From assembly GCA_964016885.1 (NCBI GenBank), contig OZ024740.1:217000001-217064000 (forward strand): a stretch of 64,000 bases of DNA, written 5' to 3'. How positions within the stretch are numbered: position 1 is the first letter of the stretch; every line of letters starts with the position of its first letter. Shown here piece after piece: positions 13,375 through 25,125 of the stretch. The position numbers and the translations under genes are program-made. Under the pieces are notes generated by a model. It did not search any database and was not told the DNA's origin. It worked only from the letters and a program-made list of their open reading frames with translations. The stretch is from Eledone cirrhosa. Lineage: Eukaryota.

Positions 13375-14321
13375 TCTGTGTATATATAAAATTAAGTGTG
13401 TGTGTGTGCGTCTGTGTATTACCTATAGGGGCCTACATCTTACGACCGATTTTCATGAAACTTTACAGGCTCATAGATTAGTCATCGGGGAGTGTTTTCT
13501 ATATATCAGCGTATCGTTTTTTTTATTCCGGGGTCATTCTGCAGATAAAAATCGATAGGGGAGGGGGGCGGGTCACCTTTTTTTAGGTATCGAAAAATAA
13601 GATTTTTGGCTCTAGCTCCCACATTTTGCCACCGATTTCGTTCAAATTTTAAAGCAAAATAGAATTTATCATTGCACAGAATTTATCATTGTAATGGCTT
13701 TATATTTTGTATATGTTGTTCAGGGATGGCGTGGCAGCCGCTTAAATATTCAAAAATACCACTTTTAGACTCAAATTTCCACTTTTTCAGCTCTAGCTCC
13801 TACATTAATCAACCTACTTTGTTCAAATTTTACACTCCGCTAGATCTGATTATTTCACGTCTTAAAGTGGCTTTACATTTTGGACTTTTTGTTCAGGAAC
13901 GGCGTGGCAGCCGCTTAAATATTCAAAAATACCATCTTTTCGCACAAATTTCCGCCTTTTCAGCTCTAGCTCCCACATTTTTCAACCGATTTCATTCAAA
14001 TTCGAAACTTCGGCTCCACCTCACACATAAATCAATTTATTTCGTTCAACTTTTATACTACGATAGAACCTATCGTTGCACATCTTATAGTAGCTTTACA
14101 CTTTGCATTTTTTGTTCAGGGACGGTGTGGCAGCCGTTTAACTCTTCAAAATACGATTTTTTTCCACCTCCCACATATTCCATACGGTTTCACTCAACAT
14201 TTCATCATTTGCTACACTTTATGACCGATTTTCAAGAAACTCGCAGTCATTAAGATCAACACGTTTTCATCAAAGCACATATTATTTTACCTACCCAGGC
14301 AATGCTGGGTACTGCTGCTAG
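13375..14321 (+). mobile_element. Non-autonomous Helitron
   Basis: Starts A|TC(TGTG)TATATATAAAA, then (GT)n. Ends with the hairpin TACCCAG-GCAATG-CTGGGTA (14292-14311), 6 nt, then CTAG|T. Internal ~175-220-bp subrepeats (GTTCAGG..GGCGTGGCAGCCG at ~13717, ~13891, ~14113). Confidence 0.85.
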
Positions 14322-14404
14322 TTATATATAAGAATATTTATGTTTAATCAACAGCTACAAAATTTAGTAGGTAAATTATGTAATATTCATTCATTATTTA
14401 TTCA

Positions 14405-14592
14405 AGTGGATTGGCAGTATCGGTAGAGGGTCGGACGCCATGCTTTGACGCATAGAGTTACGGCCCTTGCCATTCTGAGTTCAAATCCCGCCGAGGTTAA
14501 CTTTACCTTTCAACCTTACGGGGTCGATAAAATAAAGTACCAGTAATGCACTGGGTAATTGCTGGCCTTGTGCCAAAAGTAGAAACAATTAT
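14405..14592 (+). mobile_element. tRNA-derived SINE family B
   Basis: TGGCAGTATCGGTAG A-box-like and GAGTTCAAATCC B box; central CCTTACGGGGTCGATAAAATAAAGTACCAG; tail GGCCTTGTGCC..AAGTAGAAAC. Confidence 0.88.
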
Positions 14593-15256
14593 TTATTCAA
14601 AGTAATCTAACTTATTTTATTAACGGGATAACAAAATGTATTCGGGACGCAGTCCTGCACTCCTCCCTTTATTATAGTTGATTCATAGATTATACATACA
14701 TTGTTAGATTTTTTTTGATTTTTTATTTGATTTTTTACATATTTTGAATTATAAAATACTTTATTTTTTAAATTGTCACATCTACACATTTTTCATATCA
14801 TTTATTTTCAAATACATATCTATATAGTTTTGCATCACCTTATCTTCTCTAGCATACCTTGCTAAAATATTGGTTTATCATCATCATACTTCTGTTTTGC
14901 ACAATTGCATGGCTTTGATGGGTTCTCATGATCCAAGACTAAACAGATCTGATGTGAATTAATTTTGCTCAAACATTCCATGTTTAGCATGGTCTCTACA
15001 GCTGTAAGCCCTTTCAAATGCCAACCGCCTTACACAGTATCTGAATGCATTTTTTATGGCATTAACCCTAATTGTTTACAGAGTGTTCTGGGTGCATTTT
15101 ATCATGACACCAACACACTAGAGAGATTGTCACATGCTTAGCCAGAGAGTTGAGTCCTCTCAAATAGTATATTATTTCTGCTAGATTGCCAAACGCCTCT
15201 AGTATCTCACCATATTTAGTGTTTCAGTGCTTTTACAGTGGACATGTTTTATATTA

Positions 15257-17850
15257 TGTCATACCACCAGCCTGCTCAGTTGTATGTCATACCACCAGCC
15301 TGATCAGTTCTATGTCATACCACCAGCCTGCTCAGTCCTGTCATACCACCAGCCTGCTCAGTTCTATGTCATACCACCAGCCTACCCAGTTGTATGTCAT
15401 ACCACCAGCCTGCTCAGTTCTATGTCATACCACCAGCCTACTCAGTTCTATGTCATACCACCAGTCTGTTCAGTTCTATGTCATACCACCAGCCTGCTCA
15501 GTTCTATGTCATACCACCAGCCTACTCAGTTGTATGTCATATCACCAGCCTGTTCAGTTCTATGTCATACCGCCAGTCTGTTCAGTTCTATGCCATACCA
15601 CCAGCCTGCTCAGTCCTATGTCATACCACCAGTCTGCTCAGTTCTATCATACCACCAGTCTGCTCAGTTCTGTCATACCACCAGTCTGCTCAGTTCTATA
15701 TCATACCACCAGCCTGCTCAGTTCTATATCATACCACCAGCCTACTCAGTTGTATGTCATACCACCAGCCTGCTCAGTTCTATGTCATACCACCAGCCTG
15801 CTCAGTTGTGTCATACCACCAGCCTGCTCAGTTCTATATCATACCACCAACCTCCTCAGTTCTATGTCATACCACCAGCCTGCTCAGTTCTCTGTCATAC
15901 CATCAGCCTGCTCAGTCCTATGTCATACTACCAGTCTGATCAGTTCTATGTCATACCACCAGTCTGCTCAGTTCTATGTCATACCACCAGTCTGCTCAGT
16001 TCTATGTCATACCACCAGCCTACTCTGTCCTATGTCATACCACCAGCCTGCTCAGTCCTATGTCATGCCACCAGCCTGCTCAGTTCTATGTCATACCACC
16101 AGCCTACTCAGTTCTATGTAATACCACCAGCCTGCTCAGTCCTATATCATACCACCAGCCTGCTCAGTTCTGTCATACCACCAGCCTACTCAGTTCTATG
16201 TCATACCACCAGTCTACTCAGTTCTATGTCATACCACCAGTCTGCTCAGTTCTATGTCATACCACCAGTCTGCTCAGTTCTATGTCATACCACCAGCCTA
16301 TTCAGTTCTATGTCATACCACCAGCCTGCTCAGTTCTATATCATACCACAAGTCTGCTCAGTTCTATATCATGCCACCAGTCTGCTCAGTTGTATGTCAT
16401 ACCACCAGTCTGCTCAGTTCTATGTCATACCACCAGTCTGCTCAGTTCTATGTCATGCCACCAGTCTGCTCAGTTCTATGTCATGCCACCAGCCTGCTCA
16501 GTTCTATATCATACCACCAGTCTGCTCTGTCCTATGTCATACCACCAGCCTGCTCAGTTCTATGTCATACCAACAGTCTGCTCAGTTGTGTCATACCACC
16601 AGCCTGCTCAGTTCTATGTCATACCACCAGTCTTCTCAGTTCTGCCATACCACCAGTCTGCTCAGTTCTATGTCATACCACCAGCCTGCTCAGTTCTATG
16701 TCATACCACAAGTCTGCTCAGTTCTATGTCATACCACAAGTCTGCTCAGTTCTATGTCATACCACCAGCCTGCTCAGTCTTATGTCATACTACCTGCCTG
16801 CTCAGTCCTATGCCATACCACCAGCCTGCTCAGTTCTATGTCATACCACCAGCCTACTCTGTCCTATGTCATACCACCAGCCTGCTCAGTTCTATGTCAT
16901 ACCACCAGCCTACTCTGTCCTATGTCATACCACCAGTCTGCTCAGTTCTATGTCATACCACCAGCCTGCTCAGTTCTATGTCATACCACCAGCCTACTCT
17001 GTCCTATGTCATACCACCAGCCTGCTCAGTTCTATGTCATACCACCAGCCTACTCTGTCCTATGTCATACCACCAGCCTGCTCAGTTCTATGTCATACCA
17101 CCAGTCTGCTCAGTCCTATGTCATACCACCAGCCTACTCAGTTCTATGTCATACCACCAGCCTATTCAGTTCTATGTCATACCACCAGCCTGCTCAGTTC
17201 TATGTCATACCACCAGTCTGCTCAGTTCTATGTCATACCACCAGCCTGCTCAGTTCTATGTCATACCACCAGTCTGCTCAGTCCTATGTCATACCACCAG
17301 CCTGCTCAGTTCTATATCATACCACCAGCCTGCTCAGTCCTATGTCATACCACCAGCCTACTCTGTCCTATGTCATACCACCAGTCTGCTCAGTCCTATG
17401 TCATACCACCAGCCTACTCAGTTCTATGTCATACCACCAGCCTATTCAGTTCTATGTCATACCACCAGCCTGCTCAGTTCTATGTCATACCACCAGTCTG
17501 CTCAGTTCTATGTCATACCACCAGCCTGCTCAGTTCTATATCATACCACCAGTCTGCTCAGTTCTATGTCATACCACCAGCCTGCTCAGTTCTATATCAT
17601 ACCACCAGTCTGCTCAGTTCTATGTCATACCACCAGCCTGCTCAGTTCTATATCATACCACCAGTCTGCTCAGTCCTATGTCATACCACCAGCCTGCTCA
17701 GTTCTATGTCATACCACCAGCCTACTCAGTTCTATGTCATACCACCAGCCTACTCTGTCCTATGTCATACCACCAGTCTGCTCAGTTCTATGTCATACCA
17801 CCAGTCTGCTCAGTTCTATGTCATACCACCAGCCTGCTCAGTTCTATGTC
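15257..17850. repeat. 28-bp minisatellite TGTCATACCACCAGCCTGCTCAGTTCTA (~90 copies)
   Basis: 28-bp period; the ORFs cycle through a 28-aa (3 x 28 nt) peptide in all three + frames. Confidence 0.97.
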
Positions 17851-18475
17851 ATCTCCCTGGTTCAGTTTCTTGAGGTCATTCTTCACAACTTCATGTCTGT
17901 GTCTCCCTCTCCTTTTATCTCTCTCCCTCTCCTTTTATCTCTCCCCCTCTCTCTTTCTTAAACACTGAATAGTTTGAATTTGGGAACACTATTTTGGAAT
18001 CATACCCATGCCTCCCTCACTTTCATCATAACAATCATACACAGCATTATCATCATCATCAGTAGCATTATCACCATGATTATCATCATCATCATCACTA
18101 TCCACATTGCCATCACCACTATCAATCACTGTCGTCATCACCATCATCAGTATTTAATCCCTTCAATAAGCTAAGCTGTCCACAGCTGTTACCAAATATA
18201 GTGTAGACATTTATCAATGCCAACACTCATTAAACATGAACAGTTTGGGTGATTTCTAAATAGTATTTGTAGCTGAGTTGTTAGTGCATTGGCTTCAATG
18301 ACCAAATATTTGTTCCAGCTCACTGTGCTCTGAGTTCAAATCCTGCCAAGGTCAACATGGTAGAATGGCCAGGGTAGACTTATATTCAGGGTCAATATTT
18401 TGATGATTTTCAGCAACTTCAAATTCTATGTAAATAAGGTTTTGTATTTTTGCCCATTTCTCAGACATAAAATAG

Positions 18476-18682
18476 TGGTTTCTTATTTAGGTACAAGGCC
18501 AGCAATTTTGGGGGAAGGGAAAGTCGATTAAATCGACACCAGTGCATGACTGGTACTTTATTTTATCGACCCCATAAGGATGAAAGGCAAAGTTAACCTC
18601 AGCGGGATTTGAACTCAGATCATAAAGGGTCGTAATTCTATGCTGCAAAGCATGGCATCCAATTCTCTACTGATACTGCCTC
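18476..18682 (-). mobile_element. SINE family B
   Basis: Reverse complement of the 26394 copy, including GGATTTGAACTC (B box) and CTACTGATACTGCC. Confidence 0.85.
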
Positions 18683-19417
18683 AGCTTATATTCCAGTATA
18701 TAAGGTATTTTGTTACACACACAAACAGCAAGGCAGGTAACTCCGCTTGCTTCAGAATGCCTGACTGACTAAACAGCTTCCATTGTCACAGTTGAGAGAT
18801 TTATCAGTAGAAAGGGCAGCCAGCTGTAAAATAGAAATAAAAAAACAGAAAAAGGAACCAAAACAAAATGACACTTGATCTGAGTAAAAGATCATCACAA
18901 TCATGCAAACATTGTTCTGTGTGTATGTGTATGTGCATACGTGTGCTTGTGTTTATGAGTGCTTGAGTGCGCTTATGTGTATGGGTGCTTGTGTGTGTGT
19001 GTGCTTATGTATGTATATATGTGTGCTTGTGATTATACATATACATTCATATATATGAGCATACAAATATACGAACACATGTATATATATATATATATAT
19101 ATATATAGGTATAGATATGTGCATGCACACGCGCGCACACACACACATACACACATGAGAAACAGTTACTGACAAAACTTTGAAGTTAGTTACTATCAAC
19201 CTATTCCTTGTAAATATACATGTGTTACTCTACAAATATGTATTGAGTGCTCATGTAGTTAAAGGTTGCCTGACTTTATGCATAAAAAAAAACATGGAAA
19301 GACAAAGACACATACATGCACTTGCACACACACACACACACACATATTCACGCAAATAAACAGTGGGCCTCTGTGTAGTTCCTGTACATCAAATTTCACT
19401 CACTTGTAATTAGCAAC

Positions 19418-19703
19418 CAATTCTCAGACCGGGTGATGTGTTGTTTCCTTGAGCAAGACACTTTATTTCACATTGCTCCAGTTTACTCAGCCCTAGAAAT
19501 GAGATGATAGGGACTGGGGTCCCTGTCACTCCACTGTAAAGTGGTCGTGGAGGTGCCACAGAAAGAAAGCACCCAGCACTCACTGTAAATGAGGTTGGTG
19601 TTAGGAAGGGCATCCAGCTGTAGAAATCAAGCCAGAATTAGTTCCCGTCCCACCCTTGCAAGCAGGGAAAAGTGGACGTAGAATGATGATGATGATGATG
19701 ATG
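19418..19703 (+). mobile_element. SINE family A, 5'-truncated
   Basis: Highly similar to 9786-10080; (GAT)n tail. Confidence 0.9.
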
Positions 19704-19858
19704 AAGGTTATATATAGTAAAAGAGATCTGCCTAAGTTGCTGCATAGTCGAACTGAGCATTGAAATTATATAGTTGCAAAAAAATTTCTAAACCAAGCAG
19801 ATTATATATATATCATCATTATCATTAGCACCGTATGTATATATATATATATATATAT

Positions 19859-19859
<1 letters not shown>

Positions 19860-19905
<46 letters not shown>

Positions 19906-20192
19906 TATTCCATTTTATATCCGCTTTTTCCCTGCTTGCAAGGGTGGGACAGGAACTGATTCTGGCTTTCTACAGCTGGATGCCCTTCCTAACACCAACC
20001 TCATTTACAGTGAGTGCCGGGTGCTTTTTTCTGTGGCGCCTCCACGACCACTTTACAGTGGGAGGGTTGGGGGGCATATTGTCTATATGCTTCAGCTTCG
20101 GCTTGTACCCGTAGGAAGTCGGGTCTTCTGTATTACTGCATGACGCCAGAGGTCACGGTCGTGTGTCATCACCTTTGAAAGGTGCAATTGGG
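19860..20192 (-). mobile_element. RTE LINE 3' end (ORF C-terminus plus 3' UTR), the likely partner LINE of SINE-A
   Basis: The minus strand encodes TQLHLSKVMTHDRDLWRHAVIQKTRL*, homologous to [26 protein letters not shown] in the 33-kb RTE. The 3' UTR is nearly identical to the SINE-A tail; (GAT)n end; flanked by (TA)n. Confidence 0.88.
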
Positions 20193-20224
<32 letters not shown>

Positions 20225-20356
20225 TGTATGTGTGTATGTATGATTGGTGTGTGTATTGTGTTTATATATATATATGTGTGTGTGTGTGTGCGTATTTGTT
20301 TGTTTGAGTGGAAAGGGAAGGGAATGTGAGCAGTAGTTTGGATGAAGAGCTGAGAC

Positions 20357-20398
<42 letters not shown>

Positions 20399-20767
20399 GA
20401 ATATACAAAGTTACCAGGGGAGAGAATGAAAAGAGAGGAGTAAAATAGATGATGCACTACAGAGAGGCGGTGGAGCTACACTGACCACATACTATATCAA
20501 AAGAATTGAGCAGTGGACATATGATATGATCAACAGACAAGAGATTAAAAACACAATGTTAATTTGTTTGTTGTTTTTATGTCACAGTTGGAGATTTACT
20601 TTGATGTTATTTTGGAGTTTGGCAACTGACTTGATCTGTGGACCCCCCCTCCCTCCTCATAATGATCTGTGGACCCCCTCCCCCTCAAATAATTACATCA
20701 TGGAACAGTTCTCTGCAATTTAATAACTCACTAACACTGTTATGTTCACTTTTTGTTAACTTCTTAA

Positions 20768-20959
20768 TAGGGTCGGCAGAAAAGTTCATATGCTGACCAA
20801 GATACTCTCATGGACTGACCAAATAAGGTTTATTTTTCGGCAGAGTCTCTGGAAAGAAACAATGCAGTGTTTAATAAAAACAGTAATGCATGTAAGATTT
20901 CACAGCTCTTGCATCATTCCTTCATAGTCAGCCTATGAACTTTTCAGCCCATCCTCATA
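20768..20959. mobile_element. Mariner-type MITE
   Basis: ~28-bp imperfect TIRs AGGGTCGGCAGAAAAGTTCATATGCTGAC ... GTCAGCCTATGAACTTTTCAGCCCATCCTC, with TA flanks. Confidence 0.75.
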
Positions 20960-21610
20960 TTATGTCTCCTATGATAACTCCACTGGCACTGTGCCACTGT
21001 GGCACTGTAACACTGTGGAACTGTGGCACTGAGGAACTGTGGCACTCTTTCATTACATCTGGAAGTTTGATTCTCAATCAGGTCGCTTTGCTCTCACAGC
21101 ATGACACCTTGGACAAGTATCTTCAACTATTACCTTATGCTGACCAATCCCTTGTGAGTGAATTTGGTGGGCAGAAACTGCATAGAAGCCCATCATTTGC
21201 TACTATCAGTTGGTGAAAGTATAGTATACTGAAAAGTGGAGGATGGCAACAGGAAGGGGATTTAGTTGGAAACATTGCTATAGAAAAAAAACAGAAAATG
21301 AGTCACGTGTGTGTGTACCTATGTGTGTCTTTGTGTGCCTGTATGTGTGTGTGTGTGGAAGGTTGTCTTTCTTTTCTCTTCTTTTGCACGCCCACCCCTC
21401 ATTGTTCTCTTTTGTTTGTTACTTACCTTCAATGTTAAACAATGACATCACAAACTTTACAACATATTCCTATTCTTCTCTGCTCCCTGCTCTACCTTAT
21501 TGAAGTGTATCTTAACAAATGTTTTTGTAACTGTCATTAACCCATTATAAACGGTTCCTATTTATATTAAAATCCTCCAATATAATTTTTATATAAGAAC
21601 CATATGTTAA

Positions 21611-21831
21611 CCCTTTAGCATTTAAATCGGCTGTATCCAGCCAGAATTCTCTCACCTCTTTCTGTTCAAACTGGTTGTAATTGGCCACTCATACCGATGT
21701 TAAGGTATTGTTCTCAAAATAAATAATATCAAAATCTCGTAGATTCGATATTATGTGAGAATATTATGTGAAATAAAGCCTTTACCATGAAAATACAATA
21801 GTAAATATAGAGTAATGTAAATGCTAAAGGG
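21611..21831. mobile_element. piggyBac-type MITE, nested in an older TTAA-type MITE (~21541-21920)
   Basis: TTAA|CCCTTTAGCATTTA ... TAAATGCTAAAGGG|TTAA: perfect 14-bp TIRs with a TTAA duplication. Confidence 0.9.
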
Positions 21832-22542
21832 TTAAGTTACAATTTTAGTAAATACTGCAAAATGCTTCATTAATTAATTGAAATATTGTGTATTTTATTT
21901 GAAATATGGTGATGAAAGGGTCAACCTATTGAGTCGACCAGTAAAAATGATTACAAGTAAACCTACTGTCATTTTTTATGGCAGAAGTGTCTCAGCTATT
22001 ACAGATTTATCTGATTCTGTAAGCCACAAGTAGTATCATATGAATTATTTGGAATACTTTACTATTAAATATAAAACATGAAATCTCCATGTCAGGTAAC
22101 TTTGTGGTTTCTTAAACAGAGAATCACTGAACTTCTAAAATGAAAACAAGAATTTATGTATTTCTTTCCTCTGTTGCTATTTCAAGTCACTCATATCTTT
22201 GAGCGGATAAAATTATAAAGATATTTTAGTGTAGTCATTACTTTCAAATATTTTTTTTTATATATAAATCTTAAAAACAATAATTGAAGTCACCTAAATA
22301 GAATTTTTGTAAACTGTACAGCACGTCTATTGTATTAGAACAAAAATTTTAATGCATGTTTTTAGATCTCTGTGTGGTGTATGTTTGTTATGTGTATGTG
22401 TAATATATTATATGATTGTGATGTATGTATATGTCTAGTATTTTACATGGTTGTGATGCATATGTATGTTGTATGTTCATATATGTATATATATATGTGT
22501 ATATATATATATATGTATATATGATATATATATATATGTATT

Positions 22543-22594
<52 letters not shown>

Positions 22595-23692
22595 GATTGT
22601 TGTTTGTGTGGTATAGTGTATGTTCAATTTTTGATAGCGTTTTTCTCTTTTATAAAATTTTAATAAAACCGTATTATTAAAAAATCACATTTATAAATGT
22701 TTCCAGGAAAAACACAAAAAAATACAAATTAATTTGATTTAATCAATTTTTTTTTAAAGAGATTGATTTTTTTGTAGATTTAACCTATACCTCTCTTTTC
22801 ATTAAAACATTTTTACATCTCTTTGTATGTGTGTGTTGGTGTATATATATATCTTTGTGTCTCTGCTAGTGTCTGTGTGAACCTGTATATATAGAAATTT
22901 ATCATTTATTGAGCAAATTCATGATAGAAAAACTTAAGATTTTTCAATTTATAAAAAAAAGAAATTTTTTTCTTAGATTTTTTTTTTAGATTTTTTTTAA
23001 AAGCTTACTCCAGAAGTGATACAATTCTTTGATACATTGTTATTGTTAATTAGTTTATAGAATTTTTAATTGAAGCATTTAATCATCTCCTTTATTATTA
23101 CTTCTGCCAATAATGGTGATTTCTGTGGAGGGGACACACACATCTGAAGTTTAAAAAATATTGTTTTTATTATGTTTCTTTCTTACATTGATGGCATGAC
23201 CAGTGCCATCAGGCTGCTGATGTTGCTGCTGCTGCTGCAGTTGCTGTTGCCACTGTTTACTCCATATATTTTAGTTGCTTATTACTTTAGTCATGGTAAA
23301 TTGCATGCTCAGTTCTAAGAGGTGAACTTTGATAATTATATCAATTAAATGGTTATTATCTGTAGCTAATTAAACTATTAAAACAAGTACCAAAATTAAA
23401 GATAAAGGACAAGTGTTATTTTACATTATGGGTGTGGGCTTTGTGTGTCTCTAGAGGTTCTCTCACTAATAAATTAAGATTAAACAATAATAATTAAAAG
23501 ATAATTAAGATAAAATAATTATTAAAAAATAATCAAAATAAAATAATTATAAAAAATTATTAAGATAAAATAATTAATGAAAAATAATCACGATAAAATA
23601 AGTAATAAAGAAAATATAGGGGGAAAAACGAGATTACTTTAGAAATTAAAGTTTTTTATGAATGTGGATTTTGTCATTTTCTCTCTCAATCA

Positions 23693-24168
23693 TTAACCTT
23701 TTTATGGCCATATTTATAAGAAAAAACTGTAACTGAAGTGACTTACTAAAATGACTGTTTCATTATTTACCCTTTTGATATGAAATCACCTGAAAATTCT
23801 GGTTCTGTGATGTAAACTGAATAATTCTACTGTTATATTTATCTAAAAACCTCCCATCATAATTTTATGTAAGAAACTTTATGTTCAAAACACAATTTTA
23901 ATAATTGTTTCTAGTTTAGGCACAAGGCCAGCAACACAGCATTAATAATGAAAAACGTTTGTTGTATTACTAAATCATTTTCAGAATATTTGAAAGTCAT
24001 ATTCTATTGTGATAACAAAAGATTTAAGATGGTATTTGTAACATAAAAGGTTCTTATATAAAATTATGATAGATGTTTTTAATTTAAATAGGAAGCCTTT
24101 AAAATGTGTAGTTTTGTCTGATAGAACCAGAGGCAAGTATTTAGTGGGTTGGTATGAAAATGGTTAAT
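23693..24168. mobile_element. Cluster of decayed TTAA-type (piggyBac-like) MITE fragments in both orientations
   Basis: TTAACCTTT/TTTACCCTTT starts; CTGGTTCTGTGAT versus ATAGAACCAG in inverse orientation; end TGGTATGAAAATGGTTAA. Related decayed pieces at ~6470-6690 and ~7400-7437. Confidence 0.5.
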
Positions 24169-24318
24169 GCAAGAACTAGGTTCTAGTTTTGATCAATGGT
24201 TGTTATTAACAATTGATTAAACATAGTAACACCTCTACCCCACTTGACACTTCTCTCATAACCCATTGGGCGTTTCAGCAGACGTTTTCACATCAAAAAT
24301 CTTGCAAGATCAAATATA

Positions 24319-24419
<101 letters not shown>

Positions 24420-24546
24420 CATCATCATCATCATTTTTACATCCGCTTTTTTACGTCCACTAACCCATGTGCCTCCTTGTATATATATAATATTGATATA
24501 TACAATGATATTAAATAAATGGAAACTATATTTATAAAACCATATT

Positions 24547-24607
24547 TATTCTATTATATATATTTCAAGGGTACCAAAATTTTGGTACACTATCATCAGA
24601 TAAAATA
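24547..24607 (-). ncRNA. Minimal type-I hammerhead ribozyme motif (core intact)
   Basis: Minus strand: UAUUUUAU-CUGAUGA-[uagu GUACC aaaauuuu GGUAC ccuu]-GAA-AUAUAUAU-A^-AUAGAAUA. Stem I pairs 8/8 (one GU); stem III is palindromic. The base of stem II is U.U. Confidence 0.7.
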
Positions 24608-24721
24608 CGAAGTGTGTTTTATCAATTTTGACATAACCAAGGAGAATATACCTTAACGGTTCAAGTTATCCTTGGATAACTATTCTCCTTGGTTATGTCA
24701 AAATTGATAAAACACACTTCG

Positions 24722-24782
24722 AATTTTATATGATGATAGTGTACCAAAATTTTGGTACCCTTGAAATATATATAATAGAATA
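24722..24782 (+). ncRNA. Hammerhead motif, mirror copy with core mutation (AUGAUGA instead of CUGAUGA); probably inactive
   Basis: ATGATGA at 24730-24736; otherwise essentially the reverse complement of 24547-24607. Confidence 0.55.
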
Positions 24783-24996
24783 AATATGGTTTTATAAATA
24801 TAGTTTGCATTTATTTAATATCATTGTATATTATACTCCAGAAAACTGTAGAGTGCTCTGAATCAGTTATAAACATTTATATTTGTTGAATTACCAACAA
24901 ATTGAATAGCCCTTCTGCTTATAATATATATATGTACATATATTATATATATATATATATACATATATATATTATATACATATATATATTATATAC

Positions 24997-25058
<62 letters not shown>

Positions 25059-25125
25059 ACACACACATATATATATATATATATGTATACACACACATAT
25101 ATATATATATACATATATATATATA

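Larger units (their letters stand above)
24498..24922 (+). mobile_element. Penelope-like palindromic cassette 1 (inverted partial pLTR, spacer, longer pLTR) in a (TA)n tract
   Basis: Near-perfect ~150-bp inverted arms at 24498-24648 and 24681-24831. The right arm continues into a tail homologous to cassette 2. Each arm carries a hammerhead motif. Confidence 0.75.

Noticed and set aside
15186-17968. 913-aa and overlapping long ORFs as real genes
   Set aside because: Product of a stop-free 28-bp repeat open in all three frames.
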